Assembly: GCF_006345805.1 (NCBI RefSeq)
Contig: NW_021835992.1
Coordinates: forward strand, 310,430 to 374,429
Length of the DNA stretch: 64,000 bases
Direction: 5' to 3'
DNA from: Octopus sinensis
Taxonomy: Eukaryota
How positions within the stretch are numbered: position 1 is the stretch's first letter; every line of letters starts with the position of its first letter. Below, one piece after another: positions 38,499 to 51,115 of the stretch. Made by a program: the position numbers and the translations under genes. The notes beneath the pieces were generated by a model. The model saw only the letters and a list, made by a program, of their open reading frames with translations, ran no database searches and was not told the origin of the DNA.

Positions 38499-39053
38499 AT
38501 GATCTGTTTATTACTTGTTTTATTTTCTCTCAATATTTCACATTTGTAATTATTATAAATAAAATTCAGCAAATCCACAGTGTGTCTTGTAGAAAAAATA
38601 AAATCGAATTTTATCAAAATCCGACCTCAAAATATTCAAGTTTTTAACCTCGGAGATCAGAATTGCGACGGAAAACTATCACTGGGTGAATATATTTCAT
38701 TATTCTTCACTGAATGCTCAAAAATAACTAAAATTCCAATTTCTTGTGCATTTCATTCATGTTTGACCATTTTAGTGGGAAATAACCAAACTCTGGCAAC
38801 AAATTTGGAAAAATGCTACCAGAATTTTGGGATTCCTCAGTTTTATGCGTGTCTGCAGGTGTCCTCACTCAATTCAGACGGAAATGAGGCAGTCAGTCAG
38901 TCTGAACTTGTCACAAGCCACCAGAGGATGGACACCAATCGTTTGACATTAAAGTGATCTTTAGAGGACGGGTATGTCACACAAAGTGAGGTTATCCACA
39001 CTTTCCACTTACATCTGCCTATTCTCTTACAGAATACTTCCTGTAGTGGTTAA
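38499..39053 (+). CDS. Secreted EF-hand protein
   Basis: MICLLLVLFSLNISHF signal-like N-terminus; EF loops DQNCDGKLSLGE, NSDGNEAVSQSE and DTN|QDGYVTQSE (completed by a 24-nt intron). Confidence 0.65.
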
Positions 39054-39207
39054 TTAGTAATATTCTGAACTGTCCTTTTTAAATAAGTGGTCCATTTCTT
39101 CATTAATAAGTTTAAAATAAATCACCACCAGAAATGCCAATATTTTCCCTCCATTATTTAAATTTCAAATAAAAGCTTCCAAATTAGTTCTTGTGATGAA
39201 ATAAATA

Positions 39208-40742
39208 CAGTGAAACCTCTCGAATCCGCTGCTTCTCGAATCCGCCGCTTCTCGAATCCGCTTGTTTTAATCAAAAATTTGAAATTTCTTATGAATGATT
39301 CTTGAATCCGCTTGTTTCTCGAATCCGCTCCTCAAGTATTATGAAAAATAATTTTTTATTAACATTTTAAAATTTTCATTACACGTTAAATTGTATTTTT
39401 GTGATGCGTCGTTGTGTTAGACTTTCCATCAACGAAAAAATTTCTATACTACGTTATATTTCTGACAACCCATTTGTTTCTGCACCTCAAATTTCCAGGA
39501 TTTTTTCTTCACGATTAAAAAAGAAAATTTTTCCGAAAACTATAAACGACCTTAAATCAAAATCGGACCTTTTGAATAGGACTGATATCAAAAAATTAAA
39601 CATAATGAGAATTCCAAAACTCAAATTTAATGAAATTAATGTAGCGATGATAACATGGATTAACTTAATGGAATCTAGTGGAGCAATTCTATCAGATTCG
39701 ATGTTAATTACAAAAGCTCTTAAATTTGGAAAAAATTTTCCAGAATTTAAAGCAAGTCGTGGGTGGCTAGAAAAGTTTAAATTTTTTTTTTTTGCCGTTG
39801 ATTTATATTTGAACAAGAAAGAAATTAAAGATAGCTAAGTTAATTAAAGGCCTCACGAGACACCTGGCCACCCTCGCGAATGGCGAAGCCGTTCCCTCTG
39901 ATCACAGCAATTGACAGACGTTCCAGGAGCCAAGAAAACTCTCTTGGATCGTGGCTAGTCCTTGAAATCCGTCGACCGAGCGAGCGAAGGAAGCGGAGTG
40001 TCTTGGGGCCGAAGATCCCGGAGGACTCCACGGCAATTGGAGTAAAGTTTAAATTACGAAATGGTATCAAGTCAGAAAATTGCATGGAGACACTGGGTCA
40101 GTAAATCATGATGAAAAATCTATTGCTGATTTTAATGAAACAATCAGTTTAAAAACTGAACAATATGGATTGGACAATGTCTATAATTCAGATGAAAGTG
40201 GTGTTTTTTACAAGGAGATTTCTTCTAAACATGTGTGCACTAAATCAAGGCCTGGAATAAAGTTATTGAAGGATCGATTTTCTTCACTATTATGCGCAAA
40301 TTGTTCTGGTTCCGATAAAAGAAGGCCTGTAATGATAGGAAGATTTAAAAGTCCAAGATGTTTTAAAAATTTCAACATTGGAAAATATGTTACCTACACC
40401 CATTCCAATAAGACATGGATGAACCGTGAAATTTTTAACAAGTGGCTCAGTTATTTTGATTGTGAACTTGCGAAGCAAAAAAGAAAAATTCTACTTGCAA
40501 TAGATAGATGATCTCTAAAATATTATGCGAATTGAGGAAATGTTATAAAATTTCTGATAATTTAAATATAAATAATTTGTGTATTCAGTCATTTGTATAT
40601 AAAAAGAAATATTTAATCTATATTGTAAGTTCATGTTTTAAGTATAAAAATTTATTTAAATTGCCTCTCGAATCCGCCGATTTCTCTAATCCGCCGATTT
40701 TTTGGTCGGTCCCAAAATCGGCGGATTAGAGAGGTTTTACTG
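39208..40742 (+). mobile_element. Tigger/pogo DNA transposon, internally deleted
   Basis: TA|CAGTGAAACCTCTC...GAGAGGTTTTACTG|TA; HTH-psq, CENP-B HTH (FKASRGWLEKFK) and DDE_1 (YNSDESG, IGRFKSPRCF). Confidence 0.92.
39784..40043 (-). mobile_element. 5'-truncated CRE-like copy inserted in the Tigger ORF
   Basis: Poly(A) tail; 12-bp TSD AAAGTTTAAATT (39772-39783 and 40044-40055); empty site confirmed by the second Tigger copy at ~60620. Confidence 0.92.
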
Positions 40743-40829
40743 TAACTAGACGACCAAATAACATGTTTTAATAAAAATGAACTTTAGAGGTGAGTCTTTT
40801 AGTAATTATTAAGCAATTAATTTGAGTAA

Positions 40830-41151
40830 TTATAAACCAGAATTATGTAGAAGAGAGTCGACGAGGGTTATATATCTCCTCATGGCCTCCTCCTGAGTGA
40901 GGTCCATGTTGGAATTCCAGGCATTCCATTTGGCACGTTCTCTGTAGTGGAGAACACTGGGGCACTCTGAAATAGCCATAGTGGCACACCTGTATTGCAG
41001 TTCCCCACAATGGCCTGTTTGTACAGTCCGTAGAGTTCCTTCAATTCGCTGTCTGTGGGTCTTTTAGCCAGGTTCTTCACAGCTTCGGCCTTTTCCTCAA
41101 AATTCTATTTAATTAGAAATTAAACACAACCTGCTGCAACTGGTCTGACAT
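40830..41151 (-). CDS. ACBP: Acyl-CoA-binding protein, 3 exons
   Basis: MSDQLQQ|NFEEKAEAVKNLAKRPTDSELKELYGLYKQAIVGNCNT|ECPSVLHYRERAKWNAWNS...AMRRYITLV; introns of 26 and 23 nt. Confidence 0.93.
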
Positions 41152-41419
41152 GCTACTAATTATTTAAAATATTATTTTATTTTAAATGATCGAAAATATA
41201 ACAACATTAAGAATAAATGAGCAAAGTGATAAAGCAGATTAATATTTTGTATTGATGACAGTCAAAATAAATTAAGTGGGGCAGTTAGTCTTCCCAGCAA
41301 CACTAATTCAGTCAGTGACTAACTGTACTGATATGCTGTTTCTTCTAAATTTACAAAATATTACAAATGTCTCAAATTTATTCTTAACATGGAATAAAGT
41401 TATGATGATTCCGAAAATA

Positions 41420-41860
41420 TTATAATAAATTGATATCGATTAATCGAAGGGAAGGCCTGTGAATCGCCAAACTGTTCCCCCGGATAACGGCGATCGAGAA
41501 CCGTTGCAATAGCCAGTCCAGCTCCCGAAGAGTACGCATTGAGATTTTGACTCCGAGCTTGCGGAGGAACTTTTCAGTCTTCGGACCAAGAGCACCCGAC
41601 GTCTCCACCGCTATCGGAACCAGGAAAAACTTTTCTGAAAGGGCAGAATATTTGGAAAGCTTTATATCTTCAGCCTTCTTAGCAGCTGATTTAGCCTCCA
41701 GAGCACACGAGGTTAGATGTGAAGCAGAAAAAGGTTGCGTCCCATACGAGGCCTTTTCCACCCTCAAAAGGGAAAAGGGTCATCCCGTCAGGACGTATCC
41801 CGTCACCCCGGTCAAGACCCGGTGGTTCGAGAACCGAAGAAAATCCCGCCGAGTCGAGTT
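41420..41860 (-). mobile_element. 5'-truncated CRE-like copy between ACBP and GTSF1
   Basis: [15 protein letters not shown]...PIAVETSGALGPKTEKFLRKLG...WLLQRFSIAVIRGNS; same subfamily as the 20727-21233 copy. Confidence 0.85.
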
Positions 41861-42061
41861 TTTCAGCGGGTTTTTCCTTATGGATGTACAGTCCAAAATG
41901 GGAGAGAGATTTTCTGTTAAAAATTTTAAAATTTGTTAAAAGTTTATTTTATATTAATAATTATATAGTTTGTCTAAATTTATTTAATATTGTTTGAATT
42001 ACTTGGAATACCCATTAGAATAAACAAATTATTCAATTTGAACATTATAGTCTTTAGTGAT

Positions 42062-42436
42062 ATGAATTCCGAAACATTCTCTGACGAAGATCCTCTTGAA
42101 TTAGTGGAATGTCCCTATGACAAAGACCACAAGGTTTGCAGAAAAAATCTAGGTAGACACATCCTCGCCTGCCGGAAAGTATTACGTTATAAATCAGACT
42201 AGAATCCACTTACCCTCAAAAAACAAAAAACAGACCACTTTATATGTGCCTACAACAACACCCACGTGCTTCCCATCTCAGAGAAGGAAGAACATATGGC
42301 TACCTGTCCGGATAGGATTCAGTTTTTGAAGCACACAGAAAACTGTTCTTTGCTTATTTTACTTCGTATAGGCAAGAAAAGTGAATATTTGTGTGAAGAT
42401 TTGGACAAAAAACTTGGAAACGATAATGATTGGTAG
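42062..42436 (+). CDS. GTSF1: Gametocyte-specific factor 1 / Asterix-like tandem CHHC zinc-finger protein
   Basis: CPYDKDHKVCRKNLGRHILACRK| (24-nt intron) ...CAYNNTHVLPISEKEEHMATCPDR: two U11-48K-type CHHC fingers. Confidence 0.85.
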
Positions 42437-43198
42437 TTTTTTTAGTTCTTATTTTTCCTTTTTTTAAATGTTTCTTACTAAAATAGCTCAAAACAAATAA
42501 ATTGCGAATAATAGAATTGGGTAATAAAATGGGCTCGACATTTGTGGTGAAAGATAACACTTAAATAATTTGGTATTTGTTTGAAAAGTATTGGACTATT
42601 TTTAATTATATAAACTGTTATGTAATCGAATAATGAATTACCAACATAGGAAATTAGATAGTGTAGTATTCATAAGGTACGGAGAAACCATTTGTAGAAT
42701 AGATAAAATAGATTCACAGGTTGGACAGACGTCGACTATTTAGAGAAAGGCATTAAGATTCACAAACAAGTTATTTTGCAGTAATCCAAAGCCTTGTACT
42801 CTACATGTAGCTTTAGGAAATGAACTGACTACTGAATGAAACAAATGACACTAATTAGAGATAAAAATGGAACAAGGAAATATTAGAATAAATAATCAGG
42901 GCAGTTAATTTCTATTATCTAACAGGAACACGTATTTAATTAGTAGCAGAGGATAAGATGGAATTCTAATTTCTTGTAAGTAAGCTATTTGCTTTCTCGG
43001 TTCTTAATGTTGCCGAGTAATTTCAATATTTATTTATCTAAACAAAGTCCCAAGATAAAACGTTAATTTGAAAGAGTTTTCTGTTTATATAACCAAACCT
43101 ACTGCGAGAATATTTGATGACTTATTCGTGTAGTTCGTTTTCGTTGAGATATAAAAAAATTAACCCAACTATTTAACTTAAACTAAACAATAAAAGCA

Positions 43199-43411
43199 CT
43201 AAAACTTTTTGTTACAAACACAAATTACATAATTTTCTGAATTTTTGTTGGATCTTAAAAAACTTTTTATCGCAGAGAAAAATCTTTCAACGAACACAAA
43301 GTTGGCTGACAATTCAGGAGTAGTGAATACTCGGCAGGAGATATGGCAAGCTTGAGAGTTCCCTGATGTTATCATTGTTGACAACTTTAGACTTTTAATA
43401 TAATTTTTCAT
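43199..43411 (-). mobile_element. hAT dimerisation-domain remnant
   Basis: RVFTTPELSANFVFVERFFSAIK. Confidence 0.5.
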
Positions 43412-45012
43412 TTAATCCGAAGAATTTGTTAGCCTGTCAGATTCTCTCTGTACAAACACACAAAACATCCACCGTTTTTTACCTGTCAGAAAACGAAAAT
43501 GTTTGGTTAGAATAGCTCTTAACTATTTGTTGCTAATCAATTAAGATTCCATAGTCATTGTGTTATTCAACTGTCTTGTTCTTAACCTGAATGTCAGAAA
43601 TAGCTAATACTCATCATCCTGCTTCCAATTCTCATAATAAACCTATTCTAAATCCTATAGAGGAGTCACCTGTGGCAAACAAACGAGCCATCTCAGTATT
43701 GATTTTTGCTGTACTTGACGACAGCGTTGGTTCTTTTCTAAAATGTGGTCAGGTTGTCCAGTGTGAGGGACTGCAGGTTTAATCCTTCTCCAAAGTCATT
43801 TATTATGGTTATCTTCATGGATGACTACATCAAGGCAACGGGAAGGTCTCGGATGGATGTTAAAAAGACCACATGGTCATAATTACGACAGGACTGGCCG
43901 GAAAGGTGGTTGCCTTTCATCCCACGTGTGAGGGAAGAAAAATTCAGGTTCTCCGTTTAAAAAATGTAGAAATTCAAAAAATTTTATTATCTAAATTTTT
44001 TTCTAAAAATCATATTGTTTTCAAACGATTTCTATGTACATTTTTAACTAAATCGTAATTCATATCTTTAAGCTCGCACGTATCCTTAGCCACTTGGGAT
44101 ATTAGTATATAGTTGATTCGATTTGACCATACAACGGGTATTTTTAATTATTCGGATTTTCATCAATATCATGTCTGAATAGTACATTATCTCCTACTTC
44201 TAAGCTTTCATCCAATTTACATTTCAGCCTCCTTTTCATTTTTTTCTCCGGCGAAAACATGGCTTTCATACACACTTTGTTGATTCAAACGATCGTCATT
44301 CTTTTCGAAATAATCGGATCGAATTCCCCTACTTCATTTCCATGGAATAGTAATAACGCTGATCTTATTTCCTTCGGGATTAGATTATTTCTCCGCATAA
44401 AAATTTCAAAACGTGTCATTTTGGTCGTTTTATGCTTTGGCGTGTTATATTTATGAATGATTTTTTGATAAAAATCTCTGTAGCTTCCAAAAGACCCATT
44501 TGATGCACTAGTGGAGCTAATCCACCTTTTGATCGATTGATTGAATCTAAAGATAAATTTACAAATAACTTGCCCCTAAATCCATGGTGCTTTAGGGAGT
44601 CCACTTATGATTTTGATATCACTACACATTGATTCCAAACATTTTTTCTTAAATACTTTCCCATTATCAGTCTGTGAAATGAATGGGGACCAATCATTAA
44701 AAAAATATTCCTTAATTCGTCTCATCCTAGTAGTCTTCTTTATCTCTCCAGGGAGACTTGAATTTAGATTTGAGTTTTATTCTTCCGCATATTTTAGCAG
44801 AGGTTTTAGCAGTTTTACGAGTCTCAGCAATGTTTGTATTTAAAATGTTTTATCGGAGCACTCCTGACAACAAGCGGGATATCGTTCCACAATTCATCAG
44901 GCATCTTTCGGTTCAAATCCTTCAATCTTCCTGCAATATCCGCATGTGGCTAATCACCTACTTTTGAGTTAAATCCCCCATTATTTAGACTATGTCTTTT
45001 TGGGTATCAGTT

Positions 45013-45546
45013 CTATGCCATTTCCCAAACTAAATTGGGATTAACACCAAACTAAGTGGGATTAATACCAAACAATATGGGATCAATAGCAAACTAAATG
45101 GGATTAACACCAAAAAAGCAAAATGGTCTGTTTTCCGATTGAAATTTTTAACATTTTTAACAAATTCCTTTCTGTGGATTTTTTAATTTCAAAATTAGCT
45201 TTTTTAGGCTCGAATCTCAATTTCTTTAATGTATACAAACTTAGATCAAGATGTTGAGCGATACTTGATTTTGATAATTTCGAAAAAATTAATTCAAATT
45301 TTCGTTTTATTCGATGAAGTGTAATTTTGCTATTGTCTTCAATGCATGATATAAAAAATCGACATGTTCTTTGTCAAACTTTTTTCTATAATTTCCACCT
45401 CTCGTGTCGAGTTTAACTCCATCCCTTATTCAACGATATGCTGTTGTTCTCGAAATATTTACTTAGCTTGAAGTTAATCTTACTTAGTTTCCTGCTAATC
45501 CCACTTAGTTAGGTGTTAATCCCATTTAGTATTGGAAATGGTATAG
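45013..45546. mobile_element. Non-autonomous element with long repeat-rich TIRs (MULE-like)
   Basis: CTAT.CCATTTCC...ACTAAAT(T)GGGATTAACACC.AACTAAGTGGGATTA inverted at both ends; no TSD found. Confidence 0.55.
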
Positions 45547-46479
45547 TGCTTCTTGAAATTCATAATACAATTTGTCAATCTTATCATTCTTGGCATTATT
45601 TTGGATGAACCAATCACCTACCAATAACAACGGAAACGGACAGTTTTTTAAGGCAAAGATTTATATTTTTGAACAAAGTGTCATAGTCCGCTGTTCTGTG
45701 ACAAAAATTCGTTTTTTATTTAAAATTTAGGTGATGGTTGAACTCACTTTTGAAGCCGACTTATTTCAATTTCAGGTTAAATTCTTCCAGGAAATCCGCT
45801 CTTTGGCCGTTCATTTGTCTCTTTTAGACTTGAAATCTTCCAATATTGCTCGAGTCGATCACTAAACGTTATTCAGCGTTGATTTGCAAATTATTTGCTC
45901 GAGTCGATCACGTTTTGAGTTTATTTACAAAAATTTGTCATTTTGAGGACTTTTTGTCTAAAATCGTTTATGTTAGACTGGAAGAGCACGATTTAGGGCA
46001 GAGATATACGCATTTCGCCACTTTCGTCTTCGTCAGGAATATTGAAATCAGGTTTTGTCTTAAAATTGATTAAACATGCAATACCTCTTTGCAGATTTTA
46101 TTTTTGAAGGGATTATTGCAGAATTCACTATTTTTGTTAGTCTTTTACTTTTTCTGCCAGCCTTGCTTCTTGTTCACTATTTGTGACTGAATAAAAGGAT
46201 CTGGCATTTAAATATTTCTCTGATTTGACAAAATGAGTATCAGAAGGATTTTTCTTAAGTTTTTGATAAGAATTGATTTTAGAACGCATAACAAATTAGT
46301 TATTTATCAATTCTGAATGACTGGCTGTCGATTGGAGTATCGGTGAATGCCGCCAGAAAGGAAACCAACCAAGCAGTACTGGTTGTTGAATCTACCACAT
46401 TTTATTACAACCGAAGCTTGTATAGGTTTGCCGCTAGCAGTTTCCTGGATGAACATGAAGAACTACAAAACTGGTAATT

Positions 46480-46650
46480 GAATTTTGGACCGCCGTCAAC
46501 CTCTCCTTCCCCTTTTGATCTCCAGATGGAGGGATTGGGACAAGATCTGGTCAGCACACTTCTTTTCCATGTTACAGCCGCTTCTGGAACAAGACCGCCT
46601 GGTTTGGTTACTTTCCGCCAGGCCGTTCGCCTTGGGAAAGATAAGGGACC
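46480..46650 (+). mobile_element. CRE-like internal fragment
   Basis: RDWDKIWS...LEQDRLVWLLSA corresponds to WEWDDISS...LDQHRLACFGAA in the long copy. Confidence 0.5.
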
Positions 46651-46659
46651 TTATCCAAT

Positions 46660-46960
46660 CTTTTTATTGTGCAATACACAAATATTCTCCTGCATCAAAA
46701 ACTTTACCATCAGAGATGAAGATTGTCTTCGATCAAATAATAAAAATAATTAATATTATTCGTTCAAGAGCAGTTAATCATAGAATTTTTTAGAAGCTGA
46801 CAGAAGAACTTGGATCAGAACATTCAATTTTGTCATTCAGAAGTCAGATGGCTTTCACGGGGAAAGGTTTTGACAAGAATTGTTGAGTTGTCTGATGCTA
46901 TTTCAATGTTTTTGAAAAATAATAATCATTTTGATTTAATATCGTTTAAAAACAGTACAT
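46660..46960 (+). mobile_element. Buster/ZBED5-type hAT transposase remnant
   Basis: CAIHKY...IIKIINIIRSRAVNHRIF...EVRWLSRGKVLTRIVEL. Confidence 0.75.
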
Positions 46961-47589
46961 TAATGGAATTCTGATGTGAACTAAGAACTGTATATCCATT
47001 ACTCAGTTCAATAGCACGAGAGAAGATAATTCCATTTCACATCTTGCATAATAAAGTCAAATTATCGAAATCTTCTTAAAGTAGATGATTTGCGTATTGC
47101 CCTATCTGAGACAAAGCCGAACATTGATATTTTAATCATGGAAAAGAATGAGTTGAAACATGGAAAAGAATGATTCACTGTACTTTATTGCTGCAATTCT
47201 ATTGGAAAAAAGTTGAGCCTTAATTGTTAAAAAATTTGCAAGAGAAACGCAAGATTCTGCTGAATTGCTTAATGAATTTTACGACTTTCGACTTGATTTT
47301 ATGAAAAATCAAAAGCGGCGTTGAGCGCGCGATTAACAATGCATTTGGAGTGAATTTAAATTTTGCGCCTATAATATTTAGACAAGCTACCTCCTGGAAT
47401 ACACTCAGTTTTAATTTACGAATAGTCTTAATTTTGTTTGCAGGACCTTACCGAAAGGTCGATTTCTATGTAAGATCTATATTTAATTCATTATTTAAAG
47501 AATGACCGCTTCAAAGTGTTCTGCGAAAGAACTGGAGAGTTTACTAAAATTCTTGACAGCTAATGTCTGTCTTAAGTTTGAGGTTATCT

Positions 47590-50450
47590 GAAATTTATCT
47601 AAGACCTATTCCCGGAAATTGTCGGTTCAGAAATGGACAGTTTTCCCAAAGTTGAGTTTGTAGACATTTAGCTAGAGTTGCTGCGTTTTTAAAAATCTCA
47701 TAATCGTCGTTCTGTTCATAAACATGTTCAAAAAAGACTAAAAATAAACTCCCAATTTTCACATCAACTGATTCTTGCACCGATGCGGAGAAGGTTATAA
47801 AAATCTTGAATAATTCGGAAAACCTTAATTTTCAAGGAACCCAACACAGCTTGGATAACACTGCGATTAAAATTTGCAAACACCAGTTTATTTTATCTGA
47901 AGCGGTTTTTATTCTTTTTTTGATGGGAAAACGAATCGAAAAATTTTCTTTTAGTTCGTTGAGAGTTTTTTCCTCACTTCGTCGTAGTGGAAAGTCTTGA
48001 AATACTGAAAAATAGATAACCCTCAATAACTGAAATCAACACTTATAAAACAAACCAGAGCCTCCAAGGAGTTATCATTTTTCAACAATTTTCATTGTTT
48101 TAAAGCTTACATAGTATTTAGCCATTAGAATTCTCAAACCTTGAAATGAGATTTTTATAGTAACTTGTTTTTTGTATCCTTTGGTTGTCTACTTGGACTA
48201 TATTTTCATTTTTCATTTCATCAAAATTTTTTTGACAGTTTTCTAAAATAAAAATTCAAATATTTTTTTTACTTATTAAATTGTTTCTTATTTCTTCAGG
48301 AGAACTTGAATCAGGAGAACTTTCTTCAGGAGAACTTGAATTAAAAATTAAGCCTAACTGTTTTAATAAAAATGTTTGCTCTTTACCACAAAATTTCGGA
48401 TTTTTTACACAGCAAACGAGAATAAAGGTCGATCTAATTCAGGAAAATAACTCGTCAAATTTGTAATTGTCTCGATTGTCACTTCCACGTTGATATACAC
48501 TCCATGTAATAAAAAACCGGATTTTCAAATGCTTAATTTTTTTGATATTCTGTTTTTAATTTTAGACTTTTTGTTTAATTTATAATGATAATCTTCGTAA
48601 CTTTTCTTTTTATAATTTTTCAATAATTTTTTTGTACAGCTAAACTGACTATATTAAATTTTTTCTGTGTAAAAAAAACCGGATTAGAAAAAAAGTCAAA
48701 TGATTAATAATTAATGTGTCCTCTATTTGCCTTATAAAGCTCAATGCTTCTTTTTGGCATGCTTTCAGTTAATTTTCTCAGAAATTCCATTGGTATTTCG
48801 TCCCAAATTTTTATGATATTTTCGCATAAATCTTTTTTACTATGCAGCATTTTTTTTACTCAATTCTTCCTTTATGTAGCTCCACACATGTTCAATTGGG
48901 TTCAAATCTGGTGATTGTATTGCCCAATTTAATAATTCAATTTTTTCTCATTCAAAAATTGTTTTGTTCTTTGTGAATTATGACAGGGGGCAAAATCTTG
49001 TTGGAAAATAAAACGATTTAGCCCCATTTTATCTACCGATTTTCACAAATTATTTATTAAAATGTTGATATATACAGCAGAATTTATTTTTTCATTTACT
49101 ATAACCAAATTCCCCTTTCCATGATAGGAAATACAACCCCATATCATAATTCTTCCACCACCAAACTTCAAAGTTGGAGTTAAATGGGCATAATTTAAGG
49201 CTTTATTTTTTTTCTAAAGCAAAATTTTATTTTTTTAGATGAAAAAATTTCAAAGGAAGCCTCGTCACTCTATATAACAGTTCTCCACGTTTCATTGCTT
49301 ATAGCAGAAAAGATTATTGAAAGCTCATATTGTTTTTCACTATTTTTTTTTGCTAAAAAAGGTTTTCTTTTACACACATGCTTTGTAATGATTTTCATGT
49401 AGATAATTGCTTATTGTTTTTTTGCAGACAACTTTTCCTGTAAAATCGAAGACTTCTTCTTTCAGGTTGGCCAGTGTTTTTTTGGATTTTCTTTCACAAT
49501 GTTGACAAGTTTACAAATATCTGAGTTAGAGAGCTTTTTGGGTCTTCAAGAACCAGGTATACGATCAACAGTCCCTTTTTTATTTAACTTATTCAGAAAA
49601 TCATTGAGAGTCGAAGTTGGAATATTCAGCTCCTCAACAATCTTCTTTTGTGTCCAATTTAATTGAATGAGAGCTAGAGTCTTTCCTTTAGTGATTTTAT
49701 CAAGCATTTTTTTCAAATACCTAAAAATTGGCTTAGCAACAGACTAATCAAAAAAAATCCGGTTTTTTAATACACGCTAAGATTTTATCAAGATCAATTA
49801 TTCAAATATACATTATAATTTTAAAAATAGTAAAAAGATACAACAAACGATTGCTGAAAAGTAATTTAAAAATTGATATACATTTAAAAAAATACTAGTA
49901 AAAACATGCAAACTTGAAAATCCGGTTTTTTATTACATGGAGTGTACTCAGTTAAGCACTGTCCCTACCTTAGATATTGCTTATATTTAAACAACCGACT
50001 TTCCAAAAACTGAGATTCGTCTACAAACCTTTGGTATTTTTCCACCAAGTTCTCCTTAATCATAAAACCGCAGTGGCACAGTCATCGCACTGTGGCCTGC
50101 ATGCCCAACCCATCATCAATTGCCAGTCGTCGTAAGGTTTTATTTGGCCATTGTTGTGATGGAAAGTCGACTTAATTATAACCAAGTGGCCTGGGAGGTT
50201 GATTCCTCGAGACAGACTGGATGTGCAAACTAGAATATGGTTGGTTAACGAAAAATCGACAAGAGTTGAACATTTCTTTAAACAAACGGCGATCATCGTG
50301 ATCTAATCCCGCGTAATGATGGCCTATTCCCTTACGGACGTAATTTTGGTTGAAATGTACTTTTTAATTCATTGTCCTTTATTTTGTCGGGAAAATTGTC
50401 AAGCTGAGACAAAATACTCATATCGGTAACAAAACATTCGTTTATTAGCA
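47590..50450 (-). pseudogene. HFM1: HFM1/MER3 meiotic DEAH helicase, disrupted
   Basis: GIGHHYAGLDHDDR, ILVCTSSLSRGINLPGHLVIIKST, MGWACRPQCD (degenerate GRAGRPQFD), QFLES | Tc1 insertion | INVEV..., *IRSTFILVCCVKNP, LAKCLQTQLWEN (Sec63 domain). Confidence 0.8.
48498..49944 (-). mobile_element. Tc1 (DD34E) DNA transposon, full length but inactivated
   Basis: TA|CACTCCATGTAATAAAAAACCGGATTTTCAA TIRs with TA TSD; VI*SDEASF, KFGGGRIMIWG, FQQDFAPCH, QSPDLNPIEHVW. Confidence 0.92.
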
Positions 50451-50729
50451 CATTTGCCGCCATTAATGTACTTTTACAAATCGAACAGAACTTGAGAATA
50501 TACAATCAGAGTTGGCTTATTATTGGAGTATTTTCGAATGATATTTTCCAGCTTATAATTAAGGGATATGTCAAATTTAAAGTCTACACTTCGATAACCT
50601 TGAGAAAAACCCAAAACTAGGACGGTCTGAAGTGACGTGACCATTCTACCAATTCTGGATTTCTCAATCTGAAAGCAACGTCGAATGAACTAATTTGAGT
50701 ATTTTCATTGAATTTTTGAGGAAATGCAA

Positions 50730-50900
50730 TCCTTCTTTTGTAAAATAAAGAAATTTCAAGAGTGGCTTTCTCAAACACAGGTAATCGATTGCATAGATGT
50801 AATCATCGGAGATCTAAATTCAAAGTATCTGAAATTCAGCTGTTCTAGCAATGGCATAAATTTGATTGCATCCAGATTTGGCGTCTGTTTAATACACAGT
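50730..50900 (+). mobile_element. LINE APE endonuclease remnant
   Basis: VIIGDLNSK...CSSNG motif. Confidence 0.4.
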
Positions 50901-51115
50901 GTTATAAACCAGTTTGTTACACGAAAAATAATTAAAATTAGCGAGCAGTAACAATATTAACCAATAATTATAACGAAGACGCAACATCATCGGGCTGACT
51001 AAATTCATCCAATGAATTACAAAATAAACAATGATTTACAAAATATAAAAGAAAGAATCATTGGGAGATATAAAATAAAGTCTAGGACCACACACCACTC
51101 CACCCATCACGCTCC

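Noticed and set aside
48390-48440. TGA at a conserved Trp position in HFM1, suggesting a TGA=Trp genetic code
   Set aside because: PPIH terminates at TGA at its expected C-terminus and HFM1 has other lesions, so this is a nonsense mutation.
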